Assembly: GCA_004297735.1 (NCBI GenBank)
Contig: SCTI01000002.1
Span: 128,160-192,159 of the forward strand
Source of the DNA: Patescibacteria group bacterium
GTDB taxonomy: Bacteria > Patescibacteriota > Saccharimonadia > UBA4664 > SCTI01
Length of the DNA stretch: 64,000 bases
Direction of reading: 5' to 3'
Below, in pieces: positions 18,356 through 28,079 of the stretch (position 1 is its first letter; the number at the start of each line of letters is the position of its first letter). The translations under genes and the position numbers were made by a program. Below the pieces are notes generated by a model. The model saw only the letters and a program-made list of their open reading frames with translations. It searched no databases and was not told the origin of the DNA.

Positions 18356-21216
18356 GAATTATCGGCCTCTTCAGCTTCGCCAACGCCGTAGTAACGGATT
18401 GCGGCGCATTCATGAACATTGGATGGGTTGGGGGCGAACTGCCGCTGGCGAATAGCGGCGGAAAGCTTAATAAGCTTATCGCGATGGTTGTTTAGTATGG
18501 TACTGGACAGCTCGGCCACGCCTTCGGTCTGGGTCATTACGTAATCTAGCGCTACCGAGCTAGGGGCCTCCCCCGTCATTTGCTGGTAGGCCACCGCGTA
18601 AGTGCGCAGCTGGAAGTTATTTTTAGCCGACTTAGCCAGCTTTTCGGCGTCATTTTTGCGGCCGGTCTTAAAGTCGCGCAACTGAACGCCTGCTGAGGTC
18701 TTGAAATAAGCATCGATCCGCCCCTTAAGCCGAAGCTTGGCTTCCGGTATCTCCAGCTTGATTGGTAGCTCTGAGCCGAGGATTACTCGATCGCTCTCTT
18801 GGCGCTCCCGAGTAAAGAAGTGCTTGATGGCGGCCTGGGCTTGCTGGCGAGCCTGCTCCGACTGAGCCTGGCTACCGTAACCACGGTCGCTCCATAGCTC
18901 ATCGAGGCGCGCCAACAGGTCGGCTAGCGGCACCTCCTCGCCCTTTAGCTTACCCTGGTACCAAGCTTGAATCACCGTATGAACCGCTGTCCCCAGGGCT
19001 AGCTGCGGGCCATAAGGAGCACGAATACCCAACACCTTTTCGAGGTAAAAATCGTATGGGCAAAAGTCGTAACCGCCCAGATCGTTAACACCGAGCTCCA
19101 ACCAGCCATCGTCGGTCTCAAACGGCAACTTATCCGGGGCTTGATGCTGTAATGGGTAAAAGCGCTGTAATTTTGACATCGCCGTTTTTGCGCTTTTTGA
19201 TGGGTTTTTCTCGGACTGAGCTATAGCCGGCTTCTGTCCCAATAACTCCTCAATAAAAGGGCTGATCGTCTGCCTGGTACCACTCGCGGTCTGGGTGGCG
19301 GAACTCAAAATTAGCTGCTGCTTGGCCCTGGTTACCGCCACGTACATCAGGCGGCGCAGCTCGTGCTCAGGTGGCAGCTCGGTGGCCGGGGTTAAAGCCT
19401 CCGGTATTACCCAGCCCCTGCCGCGACTAGGCGACCAGTTGCGTTGAGTGCAGCCAATTAAGTAAACGGTGTCAAACTCCAACCCCTTTGAGGCATGTAC
19501 GGTTAGCAGCTGCACTCCTCCCTCCTCGCCAAGCGGCTCGGCCACCTCAATCGATGGCGGCTTAGGGAAGGTACCTAAATAGCCCTTAAGGGTAGGATCG
19601 GTTGCCACCGTTTCGTAATCCTGCATTTGCTCGAGTAAGCGACCTAAGTCCTCAAATACCCGAACCATTCGGGGTGAATCTTCGGCGCGCTTAATCCAGG
19701 TATCAGAAACACCTGTTTTAAAGATTAAGGTGTAAGCCAGTTGGCTAACCGGAACGCTGCGCGCCAACTGCCGCCACTCCTCCAGGTCATCTAACACCTT
19801 TTTGGCATCATCTTGATCGCTAGCCACCAGCGCTGCTTCGACCGTGGTCATCTGTTCACGGCTATCGCTTAACAGCTCTCGGTAGCGACCGGCCGTCCAG
19901 CCAAAATGATCTCCCATCAAGACATGCCCAATACTGTCATCCTCGGCCTTAAGACCCACCCACTGCAACAGATACCACAACTGGTTAAGTTCTGGCTGCT
20001 CAAAGATATTAACCTGGGTCGATAAGGCGAATGGCAGCTGGCGCTGGCGCAAGCTCTTAGCCAACTGCTTTAAGGGGGCGTGCGTTGCCGACAGAACCGC
20101 TATACCACCTGGACTCTCGCCGGCGGTGACCCTAGCTTGAATTGCCTCAGTTACACCCGCCAGCTCCTCGCTCGCCGAAGAGTACGGCTTAAACTCTACC
20201 TGGCTACCCTCAAACTGCCCCTTAAGCTGTTTTTTAAGATGCAGCTTGGCCTCGAGACGTTCGGGGTTGTTGTGCTGAATTAAGCGATAGGCGCCATCTA
20301 GAATTTCCTGCCCAGATCGGTAGTTATCGGTTAAAACTAGTGGCTGCTTGACCTTAAAGTGATCGACAAAGCTTAAAATGTTATCGATCTGAGCGCCGCG
20401 GAATCCATAAATTGCTTGATCATCGTCACCGACCGCAAACAGATTACCGGTTGGGCCAATGAAGCTGCGCAGCAACTCATCTTGCAAGGTGTTGGTGTCC
20501 TGGTATTCGTCTACCAGTACGTACTTGTACTCCTTCGAGAGACGTGCGGCCAGGTTTGGTCTTTGTTGTAATATATTCAACGGTATTTGCAGCTGATCAT
20601 TATAGTCAAAGGTGCCGGTCTCTGCTTTGATCTGCTCATACAGTGAATAAAGCTTAGCTAAGTCCTGCTGTTCGGCCACATCCTGAGCGTGCATATCGCC
20701 TGGATCTTTGGTTAGTTTTTCAGCATACGCAGCATAATCACTCGGAGAGATGCCAGCGTTTTGGAGCATACCCATGTGCTCAACCAAGCCTTCAAGAAAC
20801 TCAAAGATGTTGGCATGTGGTCCGTAGTATGACAGCTCAACCCGATCAATATGCTGCTGCAGTAAAAGAGCTTTCTGGGTGGTGTTGATTAAGCCACCCC
20901 GGACCGATCGGCCAATGTGATTGGCGTAGCGACCCAGCAGCTCCGAGCCAAAAGCGTGAAAGGTCATCACCGCCACCTGATAGGACCGCCAGCCAATTAA
21001 GTCGTAGAGACGTTCGGCCATTTCGCGAGCGGCCTTTTCGGTAAATGTTAGGGCCAGAATCTGGCCCGGACTGGCCTTTCCCTGCTCGATAAGGTAAGCA
21101 ATCCGTGAAGTGATCACGTGAGTCTTGCCGGTACCAGCACCGGCTACAATCAAAGCTGGCCCCTCGCCATGCTCTACCGCCTGGCGCTGAACCGGGTTAA
21201 ACGACCCAATATCCAT
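18352..21216 (-). CDS. UvrD/PcrA-like SF1 helicase fused to a C-terminal PD-(D/E)XK nuclease (AdnAB-like)
   Basis: AGAGTGKT, LTFTEKAA, VDEYQDTN, VGDDDQAIYGFRGA, TVHASKGLEF, YVAVTRAK; C-terminal GRID...DFKTG. Start placed at the leaderless ATG 21216. Confidence 0.92.
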   Translation of the reverse strand: MDIGSFNPVQRQAVEHGEGPALIVAGAGTGKTHVITSRIAYLIEQGKASPGQILALTFTEKAAREMAERLYDLIGWRSYQVAVMTFHAFGSELLGRYANHIGRSVRGGLINTTQKALLLQQHIDRVELSYYGPHANIFEFLEGLVEHMGMLQNAGISPSDYAAYAEKLTKDPGDMHAQDVAEQQDLAKLYSLYEQIKAETGTFDYNDQLQIPLNILQQRPNLAARLSKEYKYVLVDEYQDTNTLQDELLRSFIGPTGNLFAVGDDDQAIYGFRGAQIDNILSFVDHFKVKQPLVLTDNYRSGQEILDGAYRLIQHNNPERLEAKLHLKKQLKGQFEGSQVEFKPYSSASEELAGVTEAIQARVTAGESPGGIAVLSATHAPLKQLAKSLRQRQLPFALSTQVNIFEQPELNQLWYLLQWVGLKAEDDSIGHVLMGDHFGWTAGRYRELLSDSREQMTTVEAALVASDQDDAKKVLDDLEEWRQLARSVPVSQLAYTLIFKTGVSDTWIKRAEDSPRMVRVFEDLGRLLEQMQDYETVATDPTLKGYLGTFPKPPSIEVAEPLGEEGGVQLLTVHASKGLEFDTVYLIGCTQRNWSPSRGRGWVIPEALTPATELPPEHELRRLMYVAVTRAKQQLILSSATQTASGTRQTISPFIEELLGQKPAIAQSEKNPSKSAKTAMSKLQRFYPLQHQAPDKLPFETDDGWLELGVNDLGGYDFCPYDFYLEKVLGIRAPYGPQLALGTAVHTVIQAWYQGKLKGEEVPLADLLARLDELWSDRGYGSQAQSEQARQQAQAAIKHFFTRERQESDRVILGSELPIKLEIPEAKLRLKGRIDAYFKTSAGVQLRDFKTGRKNDAEKLAKSAKNNFQLRTYAVAYQQMTGEAPSSVALDYVMTQTEGVAELSSTILNNHRDKLIKLSAAIRQRQFAPNPSNVHECAAIRYYGVGEAEEADNS

Positions 21217-21229
21217 ATGAGTATTATAC

Positions 21230-21275
21230 AGGGTCCGACCCAACTAGAGGTCGGACCCGTCAAAAGGTTGGACCT
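21230..21275. repeat. Cluster of three AGGTCGGACCC-type quasi-palindromes
   Basis: AGGGTCCGACC / AGGTCGGACCC / AGGTTGGACCT; same core as 58895-58940. Confidence 0.65.
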
Positions 21276-22919
21276 CTACCCCATCTTCTTGATTGGAGTG
21301 ATGCCCAGTAGCTGGAAATAACGCTCCATAAAGGTGACGTAAACCTGGATTAGGGCCAAGCGTTGGGCGGCTTGCTCGGGGGCTAGATCGATGATCTTTT
21401 GGCTCTCATATAGTTCGTGGAACAGCTGAGCCACCTCTACCCCGTAAAAGCTGAGCCGGTGCACCCCGTAGTCGCCGACTATCTCTTGGAGCAGCTGTGG
21501 CAATCGAGTTAACTGGCGAATGAGAGCGGTTTCACTTGGGGTAAGATCGGTCATCTGCTCAGGCTTAAGTGGCTGCAGATCCCTCTGGGAAGCTTGCTCT
21601 AAGATTGAGTTGGCCCGCGCGTAAGAATACATTAGATAATACATCGGGTTCTTCTGGGACTGCTCCTTCGCCAGATCCAGATCAAGGTCCATCGGCGCAT
21701 TATAAGAACGCATTAAGAAGAAGAAGCGTAGTACATCTGATGGGACCTGGTCGAGCAGCTCATCGATGGTGACATAGGTACCGGCCCGCTTACTCACCTT
21801 GAACTCTTTACCGTCCTTAATAAGCCTTACCAGCTGGAACAGAATAATCTTAAGCTCACCGGTCGCCCCCAACAGCTTGAGACCATGCTGCAGCGAAGGA
21901 ACTTGAGCGGCGTGATCCGACCCCCACAGGTTAATCAAGGTGTCAAAGCCGCGCTCAAACTTATTCATATGGTAGGCCAGGTCGGCTGCCAAATAGGTGT
22001 AACCGCCGTCCGACTTCTGTAAAACTCGGTCGCCACTATCTTCGGCGGCCTCTTTTAGCCAGATCGCGCCATCTTTTTCGATCGCCTGCCCATTTTCAAC
22101 CAACCCATCGACCAAGGCTTTTACCTTGCCGGTCTTGTGTAGGTTGTACAGCTCCGAAAACCAGTTATCAAAGTTGATCCCCATTCTGGCGACGGTCGCC
22201 TTAATTTGATCAACGATACAGCCGATTACCCCTAGCTCATCAATGTGACGATTGGTCAGCTCCTCTATCTGTTGATCGCTCAAGCTGGCCGGATTAGCAT
22301 GCTGTTGTTGAATTAACACCACCACCTTATCGGCCCACTCCTCAATGTATTCGCCGCGATAGCCGCGAATATGATCGGTGGGCTTATGGGTTAAGCGCTC
22401 TAACACCACCGCATAAATGCTGCTGCGCACCAGTTTAATCTGATTACCGGCATCATTAAGGTAATACTCCCGCTCAACCTGGTAGCCGGCACTGGTAAGC
22501 ACATTAGCCAGCACATCACCATTGTAGCCTCCGCGACCATTGCCAAGCGTCATCGGACCGGTCGGGTTGGCCGAGATAAACTCAACCTGAACCTTGTGGC
22601 CCTTGCCGACCTGACTTGAGCCGTAATCTGGAGTGATGGCGGCGGCCTGCTCAATCCAGTAGGCCGGAGTTAAGTTTAGGTTAATGAATCCCCCGGCAGC
22701 CTTGGCGCTGGCCACGGCAGGATGCTTAATCTTGAGCGCCAGCTGCTCGGCTATCTGGTTAGGAGCCTGCTTGAGCTGACCGGCTAATTTAAAAGCCACA
22801 TTGGTGGCCAGCTGACCATGCTCAATATCGGGATAGCTTAGTTCTACCTTTACATCTGATACATCAAAGGCGTCCTTGATGGTCGCCTCGATTGCAGACT
22901 GGATTTCGTTGATTGACAT
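21276..22919 (-). CDS. argS: Arginine--tRNA ligase
   Basis: VEFISANPTGPMTLGNGRG, REYYLNDAGNQ, KSDGGYTYLAAD, SKRAG, NPMYYLMYSYAR. Start at the leaderless ATG 22919. Confidence 0.96.
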   Translation of the reverse strand: MSINEIQSAIEATIKDAFDVSDVKVELSYPDIEHGQLATNVAFKLAGQLKQAPNQIAEQLALKIKHPAVASAKAAGGFINLNLTPAYWIEQAAAITPDYGSSQVGKGHKVQVEFISANPTGPMTLGNGRGGYNGDVLANVLTSAGYQVEREYYLNDAGNQIKLVRSSIYAVVLERLTHKPTDHIRGYRGEYIEEWADKVVVLIQQQHANPASLSDQQIEELTNRHIDELGVIGCIVDQIKATVARMGINFDNWFSELYNLHKTGKVKALVDGLVENGQAIEKDGAIWLKEAAEDSGDRVLQKSDGGYTYLAADLAYHMNKFERGFDTLINLWGSDHAAQVPSLQHGLKLLGATGELKIILFQLVRLIKDGKEFKVSKRAGTYVTIDELLDQVPSDVLRFFFLMRSYNAPMDLDLDLAKEQSQKNPMYYLMYSYARANSILEQASQRDLQPLKPEQMTDLTPSETALIRQLTRLPQLLQEIVGDYGVHRLSFYGVEVAQLFHELYESQKIIDLAPEQAAQRLALIQVYVTFMERYFQLLGITPIKKMG

Positions 22920-22961
22920 AAGGCCATTATACCAATCTGATTCCAGATGTATAATAGGGTT

Positions 22962-23414
22962 ATGAAACAGCTCGCCCAAAATCGACGCGGCCGCTACGAT
23001 TACAGCATTGATGAGACTCTCACCGCTGGATTGGTTTTGAACGGCCCAGAGGTTAAGAGTGCCAAGCTTGGCCAGATTAGCCTAAAAGGCAGCTTTGTCA
23101 CCTTAAAAGATGGCGAGGCCTGGCTTCATGGTGCCTATTTTACGCCATACGCGCCGGCTGCGGGCCTTAAACTCGATCCAGAGCGGTCACGCAAGCTATT
23201 ACTACATAAAAAGCAGCTAGAAGAGCTTAAAACCGGTCGCGAGCAAGGAATTCAACCGGTACCACTGGCCTTAATTGAGCAAAAAGGGCTGGTTAAGCTC
23301 GTGGTTGGCCTGGGCCGCGGTAAAAAACGGTACGATAAACGCGAGACCATTAAAAAGCGCGAGCAAGACCGTGAGGCCGGACGCGCTATGCGCCAGCGCA
23401 CCAAAGCGTCTTAA
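22962..23414 (+). CDS. smpB: SsrA-binding protein SmpB
   Basis: NRRGRYDY, AGLVLNGPEVKS, RSRKLLLHKKQL, GKKRYDKRETIKKR; ATG 6 nt after TATAAT. Confidence 0.96.
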   Translation: MKQLAQNRRGRYDYSIDETLTAGLVLNGPEVKSAKLGQISLKGSFVTLKDGEAWLHGAYFTPYAPAAGLKLDPERSRKLLLHKKQLEELKTGREQGIQPVPLALIEQKGLVKLVVGLGRGKKRYDKRETIKKREQDREAGRAMRQRTKAS

Positions 23415-23759
23415 AACTAGCGGCTGACTTTGGGCGGAGCGTTGGCTGAGCGTTGGCCGGCAACGTCGGGCGTCGTCGGGCCGAGCGCAAACGGTCGCGA
23501 ACGATGAACGCGCTTTAACGATCGTAGCGGCAACCGCCCGACAATAACTGCGGGCCGTTTTTAGTCATTGTCGCGGGTGCATTTTGGCGGCGACGCGGGC
23601 GGCTAGACGGCCTGGCCGGTCATTAAAATTAACAATAAGCATAACTTTTTTCATAAAAATCGAAAAAATGTATTGACAGAGGTTTTACACCTACGTTAAT
23701 CTGTATTTAGGTACTTGAACAAAATCAGTACTCAAAACCAAAACCCACTCAAACACACG

Positions 23760-23790
23760 AAAATAACGGCTTTCCCAAGCCGTTATTTTT
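23760..23790. terminator. Bidirectional intrinsic terminator
   Basis: AAAATAACGGCTT-TCCC-AAGCCGTTATTTTT. Confidence 0.85.
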
Positions 23791-23839
23791 ATGCTTACAA
23801 ATTGTTATGGATATATTAAATGCGCGCTGGCCCAACCGC

Positions 23840-26218
23840 CTAGTCGGCGACGTGGAGGTCAGCGGCGTCAAGCGTGACGCTAGCACCGGGCTGAATTTGG
23901 CCACTCAAAATGCGCTGAGCAATTGTGTTCTCAACCGCCCGCTGGACCATCCGCCGCATTGGCCGGGCGCCCAGTCGTGGGTCGTAACCGCGGTCGACCA
24001 GCCAGTCAATCGCGGCGGCCGTTAGGCTCACCGAAATTTTTTGAGCGGCTAATGTGGCGTTAACGCCGCGCAGCATTAGCTCAACCACCTGCCTCAACTC
24101 GGCCTTATTTAATGGGCGGAACAAAACGATCTCATCAAAGCGGTTCAATAGCTCCGGGCGGAACTGGTGCGATTCAATGAGACCGCTAACAATTTCATCC
24201 TCAAACTCTACCAGCTCCTGGCCAGCCTCAATCTTCTGTCGGATCACATCGGCGGCGGCATTAGAGGTAGAGATGATAATAGCGTCCTTAAATGAGGCCT
24301 CCCTACCCTGTGTGTCGGTTAAACGACCCTCATCCAGCAGCTGTAGCAACAGGTTAAGCACATCTGGGTGCGCCTTTTCTATCTCATCAAACAAGACCAC
24401 ACTAAAAGGTTGGTGGCGAATATCGCCGATCAGGCTACTACCGGTGCGACTACCGGCACCAGGAGCCAGCAGACGGTCGGTATCCTTGGGCTGCTGGTAC
24501 TCGCTCATATCCACCCGAATAATCTGGTTTTGGCCACCAAAGTAGACGTCGGCCAAGGCACGGGCCAGCTCGGTCTTACCAACTCCGGTTGGACCCAGGA
24601 ACAAAAAGCTGCCAACCGGGCGGTTTTGATTACGTACACCGGCACGGGCCCGGCGTAGAGCATCGGACACCACCGTCACCGCTCGGCTCTGGTTAACCAT
24701 GCGCTTATGAATCTCATCCTCCAGGTTGAGTAGCTGCTGCTTCTCGGGAGTCTCAGCCGCGGTTATCTTGGCGCCGGTCATCGTCTCAACCGCCTGCTGA
24801 ACCGAGGTTTGGGTAATGAAGCCCTGCTGAGTGTAGTGCGAAGCGCTCTCGATTAAACTAATGCCCTTACCAGGGAAGGCCGACTCCGGCAGATAGCGGT
24901 CGGCCAAGCTGTAAGCCTCCTTGATGGCCTGGTAGGTTGTAACTAGGTTGGGGGCGGCCTCAATCGAGTTGGCGGCGTCGGCCATCACCTGCAGGCTGTC
25001 TTCGGGTGAAGGGGCCGGCACGGTTACTCGCTGGATACTAGCGGCCAGACCAGCGCTCGCAGCCGACAGGTGCTGCCAATCTGATGGCGCCATGGTCATA
25101 ATGATCTTGAGTGGCGACTGCTGCAGCACCGGCAACAACACTTGCGACAGATCAACCGCACCGGTGCCGCTACCAAAGAACAGCTGGGCTTCATCTAGGA
25201 ATAAAATGATGTTACGGGCATGCGCTGCCTCGGCCAGCAGTCGCATTACCACCTCCTCGATCTGACCACCGGCCGATAGCAGTAATGAGGCGTTGAGTTT
25301 TAAGATGTAGTTGTACTGTAACGACTTGGCTCTGTCCCCCTTTAGAATGCGTTCGGCCAACGAATAAACCAGTGCGGTTTTACCGGCTCCGGCGTCCCCG
25401 ATCAGTGCCACATTGGCGCGATTGCCAGATAGCAGCTCAACCAACTGATCAACCACCGGCTCGTGAATCTGAGGTAGATGGCGGTAGGCGCCACTTTCAA
25501 CCTGTTGGCTGAGGTTTTGGGCGTACTGGTTGAGTAGCGGCGTGTAGCCGCTAGCCCAGTCGCGCCCAACGCCACCAAATACCGGCCGGTTTTCAAGAGC
25601 CTTTAACTGTAGTTTAAGCCGGTGCTGCCACTGCAACACCGCTATAACATCCTCCTTGCCTAACTTGACGGCTTGAAGTGCCGCATCTAGCCCCGGAGCA
25701 TTAATTAAGATTGCCGCCACCACTACCGCCCCATCTATCTCGGAGATATTGTACTGTTTGGCGGTTGCAACCACCTGATCCCAAGGATCATACGGATTTT
25801 GTTGTAGTATCTGCAACGTTATATCTTTAGGCAAACCAAGTCTCAGCAGAATGAATGATCCTTCCCAGGTAGAAGCAGCTGATGTAAAAGCTACATCGGA
25901 TGTTGCTGGCCACGGCAGCTGCGACAGTAGTTGCGCTTCAATTAACTGGTCGAGAGTAACCGCTGGGCTATCGAGAGAGCCGGTGGTTGGCAGGTTACGC
26001 AACTGCCACCGATTCCATAACTGCGCCATCAAAACCAGCAACGCCAATCCTAGGGCGGTCCAGCCGAGTTGACTGCCCTGTTGCAGTGCGAACAGCCAGG
26101 CGGTTACCAATACGATAATTACGCCCCATAACACCGGTGCGCCCCACGAACCAAGTCGACGGCGCAAGCGAGCTTGCTTGATTCGACGACCAGACCGGTT
26201 GTAGTTCATCTGGCTCAT
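23840..26218 (-). CDS. ClpA/ClpB-family double AAA+ ATPase with N-terminal TM helices
   Basis: GDAGAGKT, LFLDEAQ, FLFLGPTGVGKTELA, RVDMSEY, LFDEIEKAHPDV, FRPELLNRFD, GARPMRR. Confidence 0.92.
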   Translation of the reverse strand: MSQMNYNRSGRRIKQARLRRRLGSWGAPVLWGVIIVLVTAWLFALQQGSQLGWTALGLALLVLMAQLWNRWQLRNLPTTGSLDSPAVTLDQLIEAQLLSQLPWPATSDVAFTSAASTWEGSFILLRLGLPKDITLQILQQNPYDPWDQVVATAKQYNISEIDGAVVVAAILINAPGLDAALQAVKLGKEDVIAVLQWQHRLKLQLKALENRPVFGGVGRDWASGYTPLLNQYAQNLSQQVESGAYRHLPQIHEPVVDQLVELLSGNRANVALIGDAGAGKTALVYSLAERILKGDRAKSLQYNYILKLNASLLLSAGGQIEEVVMRLLAEAAHARNIILFLDEAQLFFGSGTGAVDLSQVLLPVLQQSPLKIIMTMAPSDWQHLSAASAGLAASIQRVTVPAPSPEDSLQVMADAANSIEAAPNLVTTYQAIKEAYSLADRYLPESAFPGKGISLIESASHYTQQGFITQTSVQQAVETMTGAKITAAETPEKQQLLNLEDEIHKRMVNQSRAVTVVSDALRRARAGVRNQNRPVGSFLFLGPTGVGKTELARALADVYFGGQNQIIRVDMSEYQQPKDTDRLLAPGAGSRTGSSLIGDIRHQPFSVVLFDEIEKAHPDVLNLLLQLLDEGRLTDTQGREASFKDAIIISTSNAAADVIRQKIEAGQELVEFEDEIVSGLIESHQFRPELLNRFDEIVLFRPLNKAELRQVVELMLRGVNATLAAQKISVSLTAAAIDWLVDRGYDPRLGARPMRRMVQRAVENTIAQRILSGQIQPGASVTLDAADLHVAD

Positions 26219-26583
26219 CCGACAATCCCCCACACAATGCTAGCTAGGGCTAGCAACGGCATTAAGGGCCACAGCACTAGTACCAGCAAGGTGGCTAGTG
26301 ATACCAGCGAAATAACAATAAAAGCGGTGAACAATACCAGTACTCGAACACTAAATCCCACCATTCGAGAAATCAGGTTATCAAAACCGGCCCGAATGCC
26401 CGAGCCAAAGCTACCATCGCGATAACTTATAATCTGGCGCCAAGGAGAAAACAAAGTTTGCAGTAAGATCGGAACCGAAAACACCGCAATCAGCCGGCTC
26501 ATAAATCGCCGACTCCTAGATAGCAGCTGCCGCCACCCATCTTGATACCACCAAAGACACACCTCTATCGCAAGCATAAGCAT
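26215..26583 (-). CDS. Membrane protein translationally coupled to the Clp ATPase
   Basis: WWY...LFSPWRQI...NLISRMVGF; ATGA overlap with the ATPase start. Confidence 0.8.
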   Translation of the reverse strand: MLMLAIEVCLWWYQDGWRQLLSRSRRFMSRLIAVFSVPILLQTLFSPWRQIISYRDGSFGSGIRAGFDNLISRMVGFSVRVLVLFTAFIVISLVSLATLLVLVLWPLMPLLALASIVWGIVG

Positions 26584-26622
26584 ATTTTACCACCGCTGTG
26601 GTCTATCTGGTAGTGCCGAGAG

Positions 26623-28017
26623 CTATCGCGTCGACGAGGAGCCGCTACCGGTACTACTGGAGCCAGTACTGCTGCTACCCGAGACGGTCGCGGCGTAGTC
26701 GGAGCCTAGAATCACCACCACATCACCCGGCTTAATCGCGCTGGCGGGTAGTCCTAGCGCCTCGGGCGTGGTTGGCTCGACCTTGAGCTGATGCTTGAGG
26801 TAGTCAACGGTCTTTGGCTTCTTGCCGCCGCTGTAGTCAATGATCTGCGTGGTGGTGTAGTCCCGCTTAAGAGCGTTAGTGATTGTTTCGAGGCCCAGTG
26901 GATATCCCTTGGTTTTAAGCTGATCCTGTAGCTTGCCAGCCAAGCCGGTAGTGGTGGTGCCATTTTCTATCACCACCCGACTGTGTTCAGCCCAGATCGG
27001 GCCCATGGTGAAGATGCTTTTTACGAACAACTGGATGTCGTCAAAGTCGCCGCTAGCCGGGACTAGGTCGCTAGAGTTATTGGATGAGATTAAGAAGCCG
27101 TCTGGGTCGAGATTGAACACCACATTTGTGATGCGCGACTGGTCCAACCCATCGGTCAACTCACGCAGTCGCATTAAGTTATTTATGCTGAGGTCGGTTT
27201 CAATATTCTTACCTGCAGCACCGACCAGCTTGCCTAAAGCTACCGGGTTAGCCAGGGTCCCAGCCGAGGTAGCCTTGTCGCGAATGGCCTGCATCACTTG
27301 CTGCTGGCGCTCGGCCCGACCAAAGTCGTTACCGCAGGTACCCTTGCGGCATCGAACATACTTAAGTGCGGTGTTGCCATCAAGCTTCTGGCGTCCGGCG
27401 GCCAAACGGAAGCCACAGCTGCGATACTGGTTTTTATCGCAGGGGTATTCGGGATCGTAGAGATTCTGCTTGTTATCGACCTCAACGCCACCAACCGCAT
27501 CAACTACGTCTTTGAGACCGGTAAAGTTGGCTTTAACGTAATAGTGAATTGGTACGCCAAAGCTGTCTTCGTAGGTCTGCTTGGCTACCTTTAGCCCGCC
27601 TTGAGCGTAAGCGTTGTTAATTTTACTTTCACCATAATCAGGTATGTCGACACGTAAATCGCGCGGAATGCCAATCATGGCAACGGTGTGGTTGCGGGTA
27701 TCTACACTGAGAATAATGTTGGTATCGCTAAGCTTTTCGCCGGCATGACCAGGATCGCCAACACCAAGCATCATGATGTTGACGCGGCCATCGCTCTCCC
27801 CCTTTAGCTTGCCAAAACCAAATGGATTAACCGAAACCTTTGATAGGTTGAATACCAAATAGGCCGCTACTGCAGCACCAATTACCACCGCCACTATTGC
27901 CAATCGCTTGAGCCATTTAACGTAACGGCGCGGTGGCTTGGGGCGCGGCGAACTTTCTAATTCATCCTGGTAAATAATGATATCGTCGTTCACTGAGAGC
28001 TTTCCAATGCCCCACAT
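26623..28017 (-). CDS. LCP (LytR-CpsA-Psr) family cell-wall ligase with LytR C-terminal domain
   Basis: NIMMLG, SDTNII, IPRDL, KINNAY, VDAVGGV, ALKYVRCR, DFGRAERQQ, VVILGSDY. Start uncertain (GTG 27993 possible). Confidence 0.9.
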   Translation of the reverse strand: MWGIGKLSVNDDIIIYQDELESSPRPKPPRRYVKWLKRLAIVAVVIGAAVAAYLVFNLSKVSVNPFGFGKLKGESDGRVNIMMLGVGDPGHAGEKLSDTNIILSVDTRNHTVAMIGIPRDLRVDIPDYGESKINNAYAQGGLKVAKQTYEDSFGVPIHYYVKANFTGLKDVVDAVGGVEVDNKQNLYDPEYPCDKNQYRSCGFRLAAGRQKLDGNTALKYVRCRKGTCGNDFGRAERQQQVMQAIRDKATSAGTLANPVALGKLVGAAGKNIETDLSINNLMRLRELTDGLDQSRITNVVFNLDPDGFLISSNNSSDLVPASGDFDDIQLFVKSIFTMGPIWAEHSRVVIENGTTTTGLAGKLQDQLKTKGYPLGLETITNALKRDYTTTQIIDYSGGKKPKTVDYLKHQLKVEPTTPEALGLPASAIKPGDVVVILGSDYAATVSGSSSTGSSSTGSGSSSTR

Positions 28018-28079
28018 TGTAGCACTGAGCGGGCCGCCTCTGCCATAGCAAAATGCTTATGGTATGATAAGGAGGTAAA

